Source: Eledone cirrhosa (taxonomy: Eukaryota). From it: a stretch of 64,000 nt of DNA. Where the stretch lies: contig OZ024742.1 in the NCBI GenBank assembly GCA_964016885.1, forward strand, positions 342,984,001-343,048,000, given 5' to 3'. Within the stretch, counting starts at the first letter, position 1. Every line of letters starts with the position of its first letter. Below the pieces are notes generated by a model, which was not told the DNA's origin, ran no database searches, and saw only the letters and a list, made by a program, of their open reading frames with translations. This document shows positions 39,801 to 55,300 of this stretch, piece by piece. The translations under genes were made by a program, and so were the position numbers.

Positions 39801-42800
39801 GTATGTGATCTCCAGTGGTATGAAGTATGTGAACTCCAGTGGTATGAAGTATGTAATCTCCAGTGGTATGAAGTATGTGATTGTGGTATGAAGTATGTGA
39901 TCTCCAGTAGTATGAAGTATTTCAGCTCCAGTGGTATGAAGTATGTCAGCTCCAGTGGTATGAAGTATGTGATCTACAGTGGTATGAAGTATGTGATCTC
40001 CAGTGGTATGAAGTATGTCATCTCCAGTGGTATGAAGTATGTGATCTCCAGTGGTATGAAGTATGTGATCTGCAGTGGTATGAAGTATGTGATATCCAGT
40101 GGTATGAAGTATGTGATCTACAGTGGTATGAAGTATGTGATCTCCAGTGGTATGAAGTATGTGATATCCAGTGGTATGAAGTATGTGATCTACAGTGGTA
40201 TGAATATGTCAGCTCCAGTAGTATGAAGTATGTGATCTCCTGTGGTATGAAGTATGTGATCTACAGTGGTATGAAGTATGTGATAACCAGTGGTCTGAAG
40301 TATGTGATCTACAGTGGTATGAAGTATGTGATATCCTGTGGTATGAACTATGTGATCTCCAGTGGTATGAAGTATGTGATCTCCAGTGGTATGAAGTATG
40401 TTATATCCTGTGGTATGAAGTATGTGATCTCCAGTGGTATGATGTATGTCAGCTCCAGTGGTATGAAGTATGTGATCTCCAGTGGTATGAAACATGTGAT
40501 CTACAGTGGTATGAAGTATGTTAGCTCCAGTGGTATGAAGTATGTGATCTACAGTGGTATGAAGTATGTCAGCTCCAGTGGTATGAAGTATGTGATCTCC
40601 AGTGGTATGAAGTATGTGATTTCCTGTGGTATGAAGTATGTGATCTACAGTGGTATGAAGTATGTGATCTACAGTGGTATGAAGTATGTGATCTACAGTG
40701 GTATGAAGTATGTGATCTACAGTGGTATGAAGTATGTGATCTACAGTGGTATGAAGTATGTGATCTCCAGTGGTATGAAGTATGTCAGCTGCAGTGGTAT
40801 GAAGTATGTGATCTCCAGTGGTATGAAGTATGTGATCTCCAGTGGTATGAAGTATGTCAGCTCCAGTGGTATGAAGTATGTGATCTCCAGTGGTATGAAG
40901 TATGTGATCTCCAGTGGTATGAAGTATGTCAGCTCCAGTGGTATGAAGTATGTGATCTCCAGTGGTATGAAGTATGTCAGCTCCAGTGGTATGAAGTATG
41001 TGATCTCCAGTGGTATGAAGTATGTGATCTCCTGTGGTATGAAGTATGTGATCTCCAGTGGTATGAAGTATGTGATCTCCAGTGGTACGAAGTATATGAT
41101 CTACAGTGGTATGAAGTATGTGATATCCTGTGGTATGAAGTATGTGATCTACAGTGGTATGAAGTATGTGATCTCCAGTTGTATGAAGTATGTTATCTAC
41201 AGTGGTATGAAGTATGTGATCTCCAGTGGTATGAAGTATGTGATAACCAGTGGTATGAAGTATGTGATATCCTGTGGTATGAAGTATGTGATCTACAGTG
41301 GTATGAAGTATGTGATCTCCAGTGGTATGAAGTATGTGATAACCTGTGGTATGAAGTATGTGATATCCTGTGGTATGAAGTATGTGATCTACAGTGGTAT
41401 GAAGTATGTGATCTCCAGTGGTATGAAGTATGTGATATCCTGTGGTATGAAGTATGTGATATCCAGTGGTATGAAGTATGTGATCTACAGTGGTATGAAG
41501 TATGTGATCTACAGTGGTATGAAGTATGTGATCTCCAGTGGTATGAAGTATGTGATCTCCAGTGGTATGAAGTATGTGATATCCTGTGGTATGAAGTATG
41601 TGATCTCCAGTGGTATGAAGTATGTGATCTACAGTGGTATGAAGTATGTAATCTCCAGTGGTATGAAGTATGTGATCTACAGTGGTATGAAGTATGTGAT
41701 CTACAGTGGTATGAAGTATGTGATCTACAGTGGTATGAAGTATGTGATCTCCAGTGGTATGAAGTATGTAATCTACAGTGGTATGAAGTATGTGATCTCC
41801 AGTGGTATGAAATATGTGATCTCCTGTGGTATGAAATATGTCAGCTCCAGTGGTATGAAGTATGTGATCTCCAGTGGTATGAAGTATGTGATCTCCAGTT
41901 GTATGAAATATGTGATCTACAGTGGTATGAAGTATGTGATCTCCAGTGGTATGAAGTATGTGATCTCCAGTGGTATGAAGTATGTTAGCTCCAGTGGTAT
42001 GAAGTATGTGATCTACAGTGGTATGAAGTATGTCAGCTCCAGTGGTATGAAGTATGTGATCTCCAGTGGTATGAAGTATGTGATCTCCTGTGGTATGAAG
42101 TATGTGATCTACAGTGGTATGAAGTATGTGATCTACAGTGGTATGAAGTATGTGATCTACAGTGGTATGAAGTATGTGATCTACAGTGGTATGAAGTATG
42201 TGATCTACAGTGGTATGAAGTATGTGATCTCCAGTGGTATGAAGCATGTCAGCTCCAGTGGTATGAAGTATGTGATCTACAGTGGTATGAAGTATGTGAT
42301 CTCCAGTGGTATGAAGTATGTGATCTCCAGTGGTATGAAGTATGTGATCTCCAGTGGTATGAAGTATGTGATCTCCATTGGTATGAAGTATGTGATCTAC
42401 AGTGGTATTAAGTATGTCAGCTCCAGTGGTATGAAGTATGTGATCTACAGTGGTATGAAGTATGTGATCTACAGTGGTATGAAGTATGTGATCTACAGTG
42501 GTATGAAGTATGTCAGCTCCAGTGGTATGAAGTATATGATCTACAGTGGTATGAAGTATGTGATCTACAGTGGTATGAAGTATGTGATCTACAGTGGTAT
42601 GAAGTATGTCAGCTCCAGTGGTATGAAGTATGTGATCTACAGTGGTATGAAGTATGTAATCTACAGTGGTATGAAGTATGTGATCTCCAGTGGTATGAAG
42701 TATGTGATCTCCTGTCGTATGAAATATGTCAGCTCCAGTGGTATGAAGTATGTGATCTCCAGTGGTATGAAGTATGTGATCTCCAGTGGTATGAAATTTG

Positions 42801-45800
42801 TGATCTACAATGGTATGAAGTATGTGATCTCCAGTGGTATGAAGTATGTGATCTCCAGTGGTATGAAATATGTGATCTCTAGTGGTATGAAGTATGTGAT
42901 CTCCAGTGGTATGAAGTATGTCATATCCTGTGGTATGAAGTATGTGAGCTCCAGTGGTATGAAGTATGTCAGCTCCAGTGGTATGAAGTATGTGATCTCC
43001 AGTGGTATGAAGTATGTGATCTACAGTGGTATGAAGTATGTGATCTCCAGTGGTATGAAGTATGTGATCTACAGTGGTATGAAGTATGTCAGCTCCAGTG
43101 GTATGAAGTATATGATCTACAGTGGTATGAAGTATGTGATCTCCAGTGGTATGAAGTATGTGATAACCTGTGGTATGAAGTATGTGATATCCTGTGGTAT
43201 GAAGTATGTGATCTACAGTGGTATGAAGTATGTGATCTCCAGTGGTATGAAGTATGTCAGCTCCAGTGGTATGAAGTATGTGATCTCCAGTGGTATGAAG
43301 TATGTGATATCCAGTGGTATGAAGTATGTTAGCTCCAGTGGTATGAAGTATGTGATCTCCAGTGGTATGAGGTATGTCAGCTCCAGTGGTATGAAGTATG
43401 TGATCTACAGTGGTATGAAGTATGTGATCTACAGTGGTATGAAGTATGTGATCTACAGTGGTATGAAGTATGTGATCTCCAGTGGTATGAAGTATGTGAT
43501 CTCCAGTGGTATGAAGTATGTGATCTACAGTGGTATGAAGTATGTGATATCCTGTGGTATGAAGTATGTGATCTCCAGTGGTATGAAGTATGTGATCTCC
43601 AGTGGTATGAAGAATGTGATCTCCAGTGGTATGAAGTATGTGATCTACAGTGGTATGAAGTATGTGATCTCCAGTGGTATGAAGTATGTGATCTCCAGTG
43701 GTATGAAGTATGTGATCTCCAGTGGTATGAAGTATCTCAGCTCCAGTGGTATGAAGTATGTGATCTCCAGTGGTATAAAGTATGTGATCTCCAGTGGTAT
43801 GAGGTATGTCAGCTCCAGTGGTATGAAGTATGTGATATCCTGTGGTATGAATTATGTGATCTACAGTGGTATGAAGTATGTGATCTCCAGTGGTATGAAG
43901 TATGTGATCTACAGTGGTATGAAGTATGTCAGCTCCAGTGGTATGAAGTATGTGATCTCCAGTGGTATGAAGTATGTGATCTCCAGTGGTATGAAGTATG
44001 TCAGCTCCAGTGGTATGAAGTATGTGATCTCCAGTGGTATGAAGTATGTGATCTCCAGAGGTATGAAGTATGTCAGCTCCAGTGGTATGAAGTATGTGAT
44101 CTCCAGTGGTATGAAGTATGTCAGCTCCAGTGGTATGAAGTATGTGATCTCCAGTGGTATGAAGTATGTGATCTCCTGTGGTATTAAGTATGTGATCTCC
44201 AATGGTATGAAGTATGTGATCTCCAGTGGTATGAAGTATATGATCTACAGTGGTATGAAGTATGTGATCTCCAGTGGTATGAAGTATGTGATAACCTGTG
44301 GTATGAAGTATGTGATATCCTGTGGTATGAAGTATGTGATCTACAGTGGTATGAAGTATGTGATCTCCAGTGGTATGAAGTATGTGATATCCTGTGGTAT
44401 GAAGTATGTGATATCCAGTGGTATGAAGTATGTGATCTACAGTGGTATGAAGTATGTGATCTACAGTGGTATGAAGTATGTGATCTCCAGTGGTATGAAG
44501 TATGTGATCTCCAGTGGTATGAAGTATGTGATCTCCAGTGGTATGAAGTATGTGATATCCTGTGGTATGAAGTATGTGATCTCCAGTGGTATGAAGTATG
44601 TGATCTACAGTGGTATGAAGTATGTAATCTCCAGTGGTATGAAGTATGTGATCTCCAGTGGTATGAAGTATGTGATCTCCAGTGGTATGAAGTATGTGAT
44701 CTACAGTGATATGAAGTATGTAATCTCCAGTGGTATGAAGTATGTGATCTACAGTGGTATGAAGTATGTGATCTACAGTGGTATGAAGTATGTGATCTAT
44801 AGTGGTATGAAGTATGTGATCTCCAGTGGTATGAAGTATGTCAGCTCCAGTGGTATGAAGTATGTGATCTCCTGTGGTATGAAGTATGTCAGCTCCAGTG
44901 GTATGAAGTATGTGATCTCCAGTGGTATGAAGTATGTGATCTCCAGTGGTATGAAGTATGTCAGCTCCAGTGGTATGAAGTATGTGATCTCCAGTGGTAT
45001 GAAGTATGTGATCTCCAGAGGTATGAAGTATGTCAGCTCCAGTGGTATGAAGTATGTGATCTCCAGTGGTATGAAGTATGTCAGCTCCAGTGGTATGAAG
45101 TATGTGATCTCCAGTGGTATGAAGTATGTGATCTCCTGTGGTATTAAGTATGTGATCTCCAATGGTATGAAGTATGTGATATCCTGTGGTATGAAGTATG
45201 TGATCTACAGTGGTATGAAGTATGTGATCTCCAGTGGTATGAAGTATGTGATAACCTGTGGTATGAAGTATGTGATATCCTGTGGTATGAAGTATGTGAT
45301 CTACAGTGGTATGAAGTATGTGATCTCCAGTGGTATGAAGTATGTGATATCCTGTGGTATGAAGTATGTGATATCCAGTGGTATGAAGTATGTGATCTAC
45401 AGTGGTATGAAGTATGTGATCTACAGTGGTATGAAGTATGTGATCTCCAGTGGTATGAAGTATGTGATCTCCAGTGGTATGAAGTATGTGATATCCTGTG
45501 GTATGAAGTATGTGATCTCCAGTGGTATGAAGTATGTGATCTACAGTGGTAAGAAGTACGTAATCTCCAGTGGTATGAAGTATGTGATCTCCAGTGGTAT
45601 GAAGTATGTGATCTCCAGTGGTATGAAGTATGTGATCTACAGTGATATGAAGTATGTAATCTCCAGTGGTATGAAGTATGTGATCTACAGTGGTATGAAG
45701 TATGTGATCTACAGTGGTATGAAGTATGTGATCTATAGTGGTATGAAGTATGTGATCTCCAGTGGTATGAAGTATGTAATCTACATTGGTATGAAGTATG

Positions 45801-48800
45801 TGATCTCCAGTGGTATGAAGTATGTGATTTCCTGTGGTATGAAATATGTCAGCTCCAGTGGTATGAAGTACGTGATCTCCAGTGGTATGAAGTATGTGAT
45901 CTCCAGTGGTATGAAATATGTGATCTACAGTGGTATGAAGTATGTGATCCCCAGTGGTATGAAGTATGTGATCTACAGTGGTATGAAGTATGTGATATCC
46001 TGTGGTATGAAGTATGTGATCTCCAGTGGTATGAAGTATGTGATATACTGTGGTATGAAGTATGTGATATCCTGTGGTATGAAGTATGTGATCTACAGTG
46101 GTATGAAGTATGTAATCTCCAGTGGTATGAAGTATGTGATCTCCAGTGGTATGAAGTATGTGATCTCCAGTGGTATGAAGTATGTGATCTCCAGTGGTAT
46201 GAAGTATGTGAACTCCAGTGGTATGAAGTATGTAATCTCCAGTGGTATGAAGTATGTGATTGTGGTATGAAGTATGTGATCTCCAGTAGTATGAAGTATT
46301 TCAGCTCCAGTGGTATGAAGTATGTCAGCTCCAGTGGTATGAAGTATGTGATCTACAGTGGTATGAAGTATGTGATCTCCAGTGGTATGAAGTATGTCAT
46401 CTCCAGTGGTATGAAGTATGTGATCTCCAGTGGTATGAAGTATGTGATCTGCAGTGGTATGAAGTATGTGATATCCAGTGGTATGAAGTATGTGATCTAC
46501 AGTGGTATGAAGTATGTGATCTCCAGTGGTATGAAGTATGTGATATCCAGTGGTATGAAGTATGTGATCTACAGTGGTATGAATATGTCAGCTCCAGTGG
46601 TATGAAGTATGTGATCTCCTGTGGTATGAAGTATGTGATCTACAGTGGTATGAAGTATGTGATAACCAGTGGTCTGAAGTATGTGATCTACAGTGGTATG
46701 AAGTATGTGATATCCTGTGGTATGAACTATGTGATCTCCAGTGGTATGAAGTATGTGATCTCCAGTGGTATGAAGTATGTTATATCCTGTGGTATGAAGT
46801 ATGTGATCTCCAGTGGTATGATGTATGTCAGCTCCAGTGGTATGAAGTATGTGATCTCCAGTGGTATGAAACATGTGATCTACAGTGGTATGAAGTATGT
46901 TAGCTCCAGTGGTATGAAGTATGTGATCTACAGTGGTATGAAGTATGTCAGCTCCAGTGGTATGAAGTATGTGATCTCCAGTGGTATGAAGTATGTGATC
47001 TCCTGTGGTATGAAGTATGTGATCTACAGTGGTATGAAGTATGTGATCTACAGTGGTATGAAGTATGTGATCTACAGTGGTATGAAGTATGTGATCTACA
47101 GTGGTATGAAGTATGTGATCTACAGTGGTATGAAGTATGTGATCTCCAGTGGTATCAAGTATGTCAGCTCCAGTGGTATGAAGTATGTGATCTCCAGTGG
47201 TATGAAGTATGTGATCTCCAGTGGTATGAAGTATGTCAGCTCCAGTGGTATGAAGTATGTGATCTCCAGTGGTATGAAGTATGTGATCTCCAGTGGTATG
47301 AAGTATGTCAGCTCCAGTGGTATGAAGTATGTGATCTCCAGTGGTATGAAGTATGTCAGCTCCAGTGGTATGAAGTATGTGATCTCCAGTGGTATGAAGT
47401 ATGTGATCTCCTGTGGTATGAAGTATGTGATCTCCAGTGGTATGAAGTATGTGATCTCCAGTGGTACGAAGTATATGATCTACAGTGGTATGAAGTATGT
47501 GATATCCTGTGGTATGAAGTATGTGATCTACAGTGGTATGAAGTATGTGATCTCCAGTTGTATGAAGTATGTTATCTACAGTGGTATGAAGTATGTGATC
47601 TCCAGTGGTATGAAGTATGTGATAACCAGTGGTATGAAGTATGTGATATCCTGTGGTATGAAGTATGTGATCTACAGTGGTATGAAGTATGTGATCTCCA
47701 GTGGTATGAAGTATGTGATAACCAGTGGTATGAAGTATGTGATATCCTGTGGTATGAAGTATGTGATCTACAGTGGTATGAAGTATGTGATCTCCAGTGG
47801 TATGAAGTATGTGATATCCTGTGGTATGAAGTATGTGATATCCAGTGGTATGAAGTATGTGATCTACAGTGGTATGAAGTATGTGATCTACAGTGGTATG
47901 AAGTATGTGATCTCCAGTGGTATGAAGTATGTGATCTCCAGTGGTATGAAGTATGTGATATCCTGTGGTATGAAGTATGTGATCTCCAGTGGTATGAAGT
48001 ATGTGATCTACAGTGGTATGAAGTATGTAATCTCCAGTGGTATGAAGTATGTGATCTACAGTGGTATGAAGTATGTGATCTACAGTGGTATGAAGTATGT
48101 GATCTCCAGTGGTATGAAGTATGTAATCTACAGTGGTATGAAGTATGTGATCTCCAGTGGTATGAAGTATGTGATCTCCTGTGGTATGAAATATGTCAGC
48201 TCCAGTGGTATGAAGTATGTGATCTCCAGTGGTATGAAGTATGTGATCTCCAGTTGTATGAAATATGTGATCTACAGTGGTATGAAGTATGTGATCTCCA
48301 GTGGTATTAAGTATGTGATCTCCAGTGGTATGAAGTATGTTAGCTCCAGTGGTATGAAGTATGTGATCTACAGTGGTATGAAGTATGTCAGCTCCAGTGG
48401 TATGAAGTATGTGATCTCCAGTGGTATGAAGTATGTGATCTCCTGTGGTATGAAGTATGTGATCTACAGTGGTATGAAGTATGTGATCTACAGTGGTATG
48501 AAGTATGTGATCTACAGTGGTATGAAGTATGTGATCTACAGTGGTATGAAGTATGTGATCTACAGTGGTATGAAGTATGTGATCTCCAGTGGTATGAAGC
48601 ATGTCAGCTCCAGTGGTATGAAGTATGTGATCTACAGTGGTATGAAGTATGTGATCTCCAGTGGTATGAAGTATGTGATCTCCAGTGGTATGAAGTATGT
48701 GATCTCCAGTGGTATGAAGTATGTGATCTCCATTGGTATGAAGTATGTGATCTACAGTGGTATGAAGTATGTCAGCTCCAGTGGTATGAAGTATGTGATC

Positions 48801-49360
48801 TACAGTGGTATGAAGTATGTGATCTACAGTGGTATGAAGTATGTGATCTACAGTGGTATGAAGTATGTCAGCTCCAGTGGTATGAAGTATATGATCTACA
48901 GTGGTATGAAGTATGTGATCTACAGTGGTATGAAGTATGTGATCTACAGTGGTATGAAGTATGTCAGCTCCAGTGGTATGAAGTATGTGATCTACAGTGG
49001 TATGAAGTATGTAATCTACAGTGGTATGAAGTATGTGATCTCCAGTGGTATGAAGTATGTGATCTCCTGTCGTATGAAATATGTCAGCTCCAGTGGTATG
49101 AAGTATGTGATCTCCAGTGGTATGAAGTATGTGATCTCCAGTGGTATGAAATTTGTGATCTACAATGGTATGAAGTATGTGATCTCCAGTGGTATGAAGT
49201 ATGTGATCTCCAGTGGTATGAAATATGTGATCTCTAGTGGTATGAAGTATGTGATCTCCAGTGGTATGAAGTATGTCATATCCTGTGGTATGAAGTATGT
49301 GAGCTCCAGTGGTATGAAGTATGTCAGCTCCAGTGGTATGAAGTATGTGATCTCCAGTGG
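36820..49360. repeat. Higher-order tandem duplication, two copies of about 6.36-6.38 kb, each containing an internal 936-960 bp duplication
   Basis: ORF pairs 39888/46267, 40223/46602, 38418/44797 and 41179/47558 are offset by 6379 (266x24-5); 37554/43909 by 6355. Shared rare variants include AAGAATGTG, ATCCCCAG, ATATACTG and AAACATGTG. Confidence 0.93.
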
Positions 49361-52300
49361 TATGAAGTATGTTAGCTCCAGTGGTATGAAGTATGTGATC
49401 TACAGTGGTATGAAGTATGTCAGCTCCAGTGGTATGAAGTATGTGATCTACAGTGGTATGAATATGTGATCTACAGTGGTATGAAGTATGTGATCTCCTG
49501 TGGTATGAAGTATGTGATCTACAGTGGTATGAAGTATGTGATCTACAGTGGTATGAAGTATGTGATCTACAGTGGTATGAAGTATGTGATCTACAGTGGT
49601 ATGCAGTATGTGATCTACAGTGGTATGAAGTATGTGATCTACAGTGGTATGAAGTATCTGATCTACAGTGGTATGAAGTATGTCAGCTCCAGTGGTATGA
49701 AGTATGTGATCTACAGTGGTATGAAGTATGTGATCTACAGTGGTATGAAGTATGTGATATCCTGTGGTATGAAGTATGTGATCTCCTGTGGTATGAAGTA
49801 TGTGATATCCTGTGGTATGAAGTATGTGATATCCAGTGGTATGAAGTATGTGATCTACAGTGGTATGAAGTATGTGATCTACAGTGGTATGAAGTATGTG
49901 ATATCCTGTGGTATGAAGTATGTGATCTCCTGTGGTATGAAGTATGTGATATCCTGTGGTATGAAGTATGTGATATCCTGTGGTATGAAGTATGTGATCT
50001 ACAGTGGTATGAAGTATGTGATATCCTGTGGTATGAAGTATGTGATCTCCAGTGGTATGAAGTATGTGATATCCTGTGGTATGAAGTATGTGATATCCTG
50101 TGGTATGAAGTATGTGATCTACAGTGGTATGATGTATGTAATCTCCAGTGGTATGAAGTATGTGATCTACAGTGGTATGAAGTATGTAATCTCCAGTAGT
50201 ATGAAGTATGTGATCTCCAGTGGTATGAAGTATGTGATCTCCAGTGGTATGAAGTATGTGAACTCCAGTGGTATGAAGTATGTGATCTCCAGTGGTATGA
50301 AGTATATGATCTACAGTGGTATGAAGTATGTGATATCCTGTGGTATGAAGTATGTGATCTACAGAGGTATGAAGTATGTGATCTCCAGTTGTATGAAGTA
50401 TGTTATCTACAGTGGTATGAAGTATGTGATCTCCAGTGGTATGAAGTATGTGATAACCAGTGGTATGAAGTATGTGATATCCTGTGGTATGAAGTATGTG
50501 ATCTACAGTGGTATGAAGTATGTGATCTCCAGTGGTATGAAGTATGTGATAACCTGTGGTATGAAGTATGTGATATCCTGTGGTATGAAGTATGTGATCT
50601 ACAGTGGTATGAAGTATGTGATCTCCAGTGGTATGAAGTATGTGATATCCTGTGGTATGAAGTATGTGATATCCAGTGGTATGAAGTATGTGATCTACAG
50701 TGGTATGAAGTATGTGATCTACAGTGGTATGAAGTATGTGATCTCCAGTGGTATGAAGTATGTGATCTCCAGTGGTATGAAGTATGTGATATCCTGTGGT
50801 ATGAAGTATGTGATCTCCAGTGGTATGAAGTATGTGATCTACAGTGGTATGAAGTATGTAATCTCCAGTGGTATGATGTATGTGATCTCCAGTGGTATGA
50901 AGTATGTGATCTCCAGTGGTATGAAGTATGTGTTCTACAGTGGTATGAAGTATGTAATCTCCAGTGGTATGAAGTATGTGATCTACAGTGGTATGAAGTA
51001 TGTGATCTACAGTGGTATGAAGTATGTGATCTACAGTGGTATGAAGTATGTCATCTCCAGTGGTATGAAGTATGTAATCTACAGTGGTATGAAGTATGTG
51101 ATCTCCAGTGGTATGAAGTATGTGATCTCCTGTGGTATGAAATATGTCAGCTCCAGTGGTATGAAGTATGTGATCTCCAGTGGTATGAAGTATGTGATCT
51201 CCAGTTGTATGAAATATGTGATCTACAGTGGTATGAAGTATGTGATCTCCAGTGGTATGAAGTATGTGATCTCCAGTGGTATGAAGTATGTGATCTCCAG
51301 TGGTATGAAGTATGTGATCTCCAGTGGTATGAAGTATGTGATATCCTGTGGTATGAAGTATGTCAGCTCCAGTGGTATGAAGTATGTGATCTCCAGTGGT
51401 ATGAAATATGTGATCTACAGTGGTATGAAGTATGTTAGCTCCAGTGGTATGAAGTATGTGATCTACAGTGGTATGAAGTATGTCAGCTCCAGTGGTATGA
51501 AGTATGTGATCTCCAGTGGTATGAAGTATGTGATCTCCTGTGGTATGAAGTATGTGATCTACAGTGGTATGAAGTATGTGATCTACAGTGGTATGAAGTA
51601 TGTGATCTACAGTGGTATGAAGTATGTGATCTACAGTGGTATGAAGTATGTGATCTACAGTGGTATGAAGTATGTGATCTCCAGTGGTATGAAGCATGTC
51701 AGCTCCAGTGGTATGAAGTATGTGATCTACAGTGGTATGAAGTATGTGATCTCCAGTGGTATGAAGTATGTGATCTCCAGTGGTATGAAGTATGTGATCT
51801 CCAGTGGTATGAAGTATGTGATCTCCATTGGTATGAAGTATGTGATCTACAGTGGTATGAAGTATGTCAGCTCCAGTGGTATGAAGTATGTGATCTACAG
51901 TGGTATGAAGTATGTGATCTACAGTGGTATGAAGTATGTGATCTACAGTGGTATGAAGTATGTCAGCTCCAGTGGTATGAAGTATATGATCTACAGTGGT
52001 ATGAAGTATGTGATCTACAGTGGTATGAAGTATGTGATCTACAGTGGTATGAAGTATGTCAGCTCCAGTGGTATGAAGTATGTGATCTACAGTGGTATGA
52101 AGTATGTAATCTACAGTGGTATGAAGTATGTGATCTCCAGTGGTATGAAGTATGTGATCTCCTGTCGTATGAAATATGTCAGCTCCAGTGGTATGAAGTA
52201 TGTGATCTCCAGTGGTATGAAGTATGTGATCTCCAGTGGTATGAAATTTGTGATCTACAGTGGTATGAAGTATGTGATCTCCAGTGGTATGAAGTATGTG

Positions 52301-55300
52301 ATCTCCAGTGATATGAAATATGTGATCTCTAGTGGTATGAAGTATGTGATCTCCAGTGGTATGAAGTATGTCATATCCTGTGGTATGAAGTATGTGAGCT
52401 CCAGTGGTATGAAGTATGTCAGCTCCAATGGTATGAAGTATGTGATCTCCAGTGGTATGAAGTATGTTAGCTCCAGTGGTATGAAGTATGTGATCTACAG
52501 TGGTATGAAGTATGTCAGCTCCAGTGGTATGAAGTATGTGATCTACAATGGTATGAAGTATGTGATCTACAGTGGTATGAATATGTGATCTACAGTGGTA
52601 TGAAGTATGTGATCTCCTGTGGTATGAAGTATGTGATCTACAGTGGTATGAAGTATGTGATCTACAGTGGTATGAAGTATGTGATCTACAGTGGTATGAA
52701 GTATGTGATCTACAGTGGTATGCAGTATGTGATCTACAGTGGTATGAAGTATGTGATCTACAGTGGTATGAAGTATCTGATCTACAGTGGTATGAAGTAT
52801 GTCAGCTCCAGTGGTATGAAGTATGTGATCTACAGTGGTATGAAGTATGTGATCTACAGTGGTATGAAGTATGTGATATCCTGTGGTATGAAGTATGTGA
52901 TCTCCTGTGGTATGAAGTATGTGATATCCTGTGGTATGAAGTATGTGATATCCAGTGGTATGAAGTATGTGATCTACAGTGGTATGAAGTATGTGATCTA
53001 CAGTGGTATGAAGTATGTGATATCCTGTGGTATGAAGTATGTGATCTCCTGTGGTATGAAGTATGTGATATCCTGTGGTATGAAGTATGTGATATCCTGT
53101 GGTATGAAGTATGTGATCTACAGTGGTATGAAGTATGTGATATCCTGTGGTATGAAGTATGTGATCTCCAGTGGTATGAAGTATGTGATATCCTGTGGTA
53201 TGAAGTATGTGATATCCTGTGGTATGAAGTATGTGATCTACAGTGGTATGATGTATGTAATCTCCAGTGGTATGAAGTATGTGATCTACAGTGGTATGAA
53301 GTATGTAATCTCCAGTAGTATGAAGTATGTGATCTCCAGTGGTATGAAGTATGTGATCTCCAGTGGTATGAAGTATGTGAACTCCAGTGGTATGAAGTAT
53401 GTAATCTCCAGTGGTATGAAGTATGTGATTGTGGTATGAAGTATGTGATCTCCAGTAGTATGAAGTATTTCAGCTCCAGTGGTATGAATTATGTCAGCTC
53501 CAGTGGTATGAAGTATGTGATCTACAGTGGTATGAAGTATGTGATCTCCAGTGGTATGAAGTATCTGATCTCCTGTGGTATGAAGTATGTGATCTACAGT
53601 GGTATGAAGTATGTGATATCCTGTGGTATAAAGTATGTGATCTCCAGTGGTAAGAAGTATGTGATCTCCAGTGGTATGAAGTATGTCATCTCCAGTGGTA
53701 TGAAGTATGTGATCTCCAGTGGTATGAAGTATGTGATCTCCAGTGGTATGAAGTATGTGATATCCAGTGGTATGAAGTATGTGATCTACAGTGGTATGAA
53801 GTATGTGATCTCCAGTGGTATGAAGTATGTGATATCCAGTGGTATGAAGTATGTGATCTACAGTGGTATGAATATGTCAGCTCCAGTGGTATGAAGTATG
53901 TGATCTCCTGTGGTATGAAGTATGTGATCTACAGTGGTATGAAGTATGTGATCTCCAGTGGTCTGAAGTATGTGATCTACAGTGGTATGAAGTATGTGAT
54001 ATCCTGTGGTATGAAGTATGTGATCTCCAGTGGTATGAAGTATGTGATCTCCAGTGGTATGAAGTATGTTAGCTCCAGTGGTATGAAGTATGTGATCTCC
54101 AGTGGTATGATGTATGTTATATCCTGTGGTATGAAGTATGTTATCTCCAGTGGTATGATGTATGTCAGCTCCAGTGGTATGAAGTATGTGATCTCCAGTG
54201 GTATGAAACATGTGATCTACAGTGGTATGAAGTATGTTAGCTCCAGTGGTATGAAGTATGTGATCTACAGTAGTATGAAGTAAGTCAGCTCCAGTGGTAT
54301 GAAGTATGTGATCTCCAGTGGTATGAAGTATGTCAGCTCCAGTGGTATGAAGTATGTGATCTACAGTGGTATGAAGTATGTGATCTACAGTGGTATGAAG
54401 TATGTGATCTACAGTGGTATGAAGTATGTCAGCTCCAGTGGTATGAAGTATATGATCTACAGTGGTATGAAGTATGTGATCTACAGTGGTATGAAGTATG
54501 TGATCTACAGTGGTATGAAGTATGTCAGCTCCAGTGGTATGAAGTATGTGATCTACAGTGGTATGAAGTATGTAATCTACAGTGGTATGAAGTATGTGAT
54601 CTCCAGTGGTATGAAGTATGTGATCTCCTGTCGTATGAAATATGTCAGCTCCAGTGGTATGAAGTATGTGATCTCCAGTGGTATGAAGTATGTGATCTCC
54701 AGTGGTATGAAATTTGTGATCTACAGTGGTATGAAGTATGTGATCTCCAGTGGTATGAAGTATGTGATCTCCAGTGATATGAAATATGTGATCTCCAGTG
54801 GTATGAAGTATGTGATCTCCAGTGGTATGAAGTATGTCAGCTCCAGTGGTATGAAGTATGTGATCTCCAGTGGTATGAAGTATGTGATCTCCAGTGGTAT
54901 GAAATATGTGATCTACAGTGGTATGAAGTATGTTAGCTCCAGTGGTATGAAGTATGTGATCTACAGTGGTATGAAGTATGTCAGCTCCAGTGGTATGAAG
55001 TATGTGATCTCTAGTGGTATGAAGTATGTGATCTCCTGTGGTATGAAGTATGTGATCTACAGTGGTATGAAGTATTTGATCTACAGTGGTATGAAGTATG
55101 TGATCTACAGTGGTATGAAGTATGTGATCTACAGTGGTATGAAGTATGTGATCTACAGTGGTATGAAGTATGTCAGCTCCAGTGGTATGAAGTATGTGAT
55201 CTACAGTGGTATGAAGTATGTCAGCTCCAGTTGTATGAAGTATGTGATCTCCAGTGGTATGAAGTATGTGATCTTCAGTGGTATGAAGTATGTGATCTCC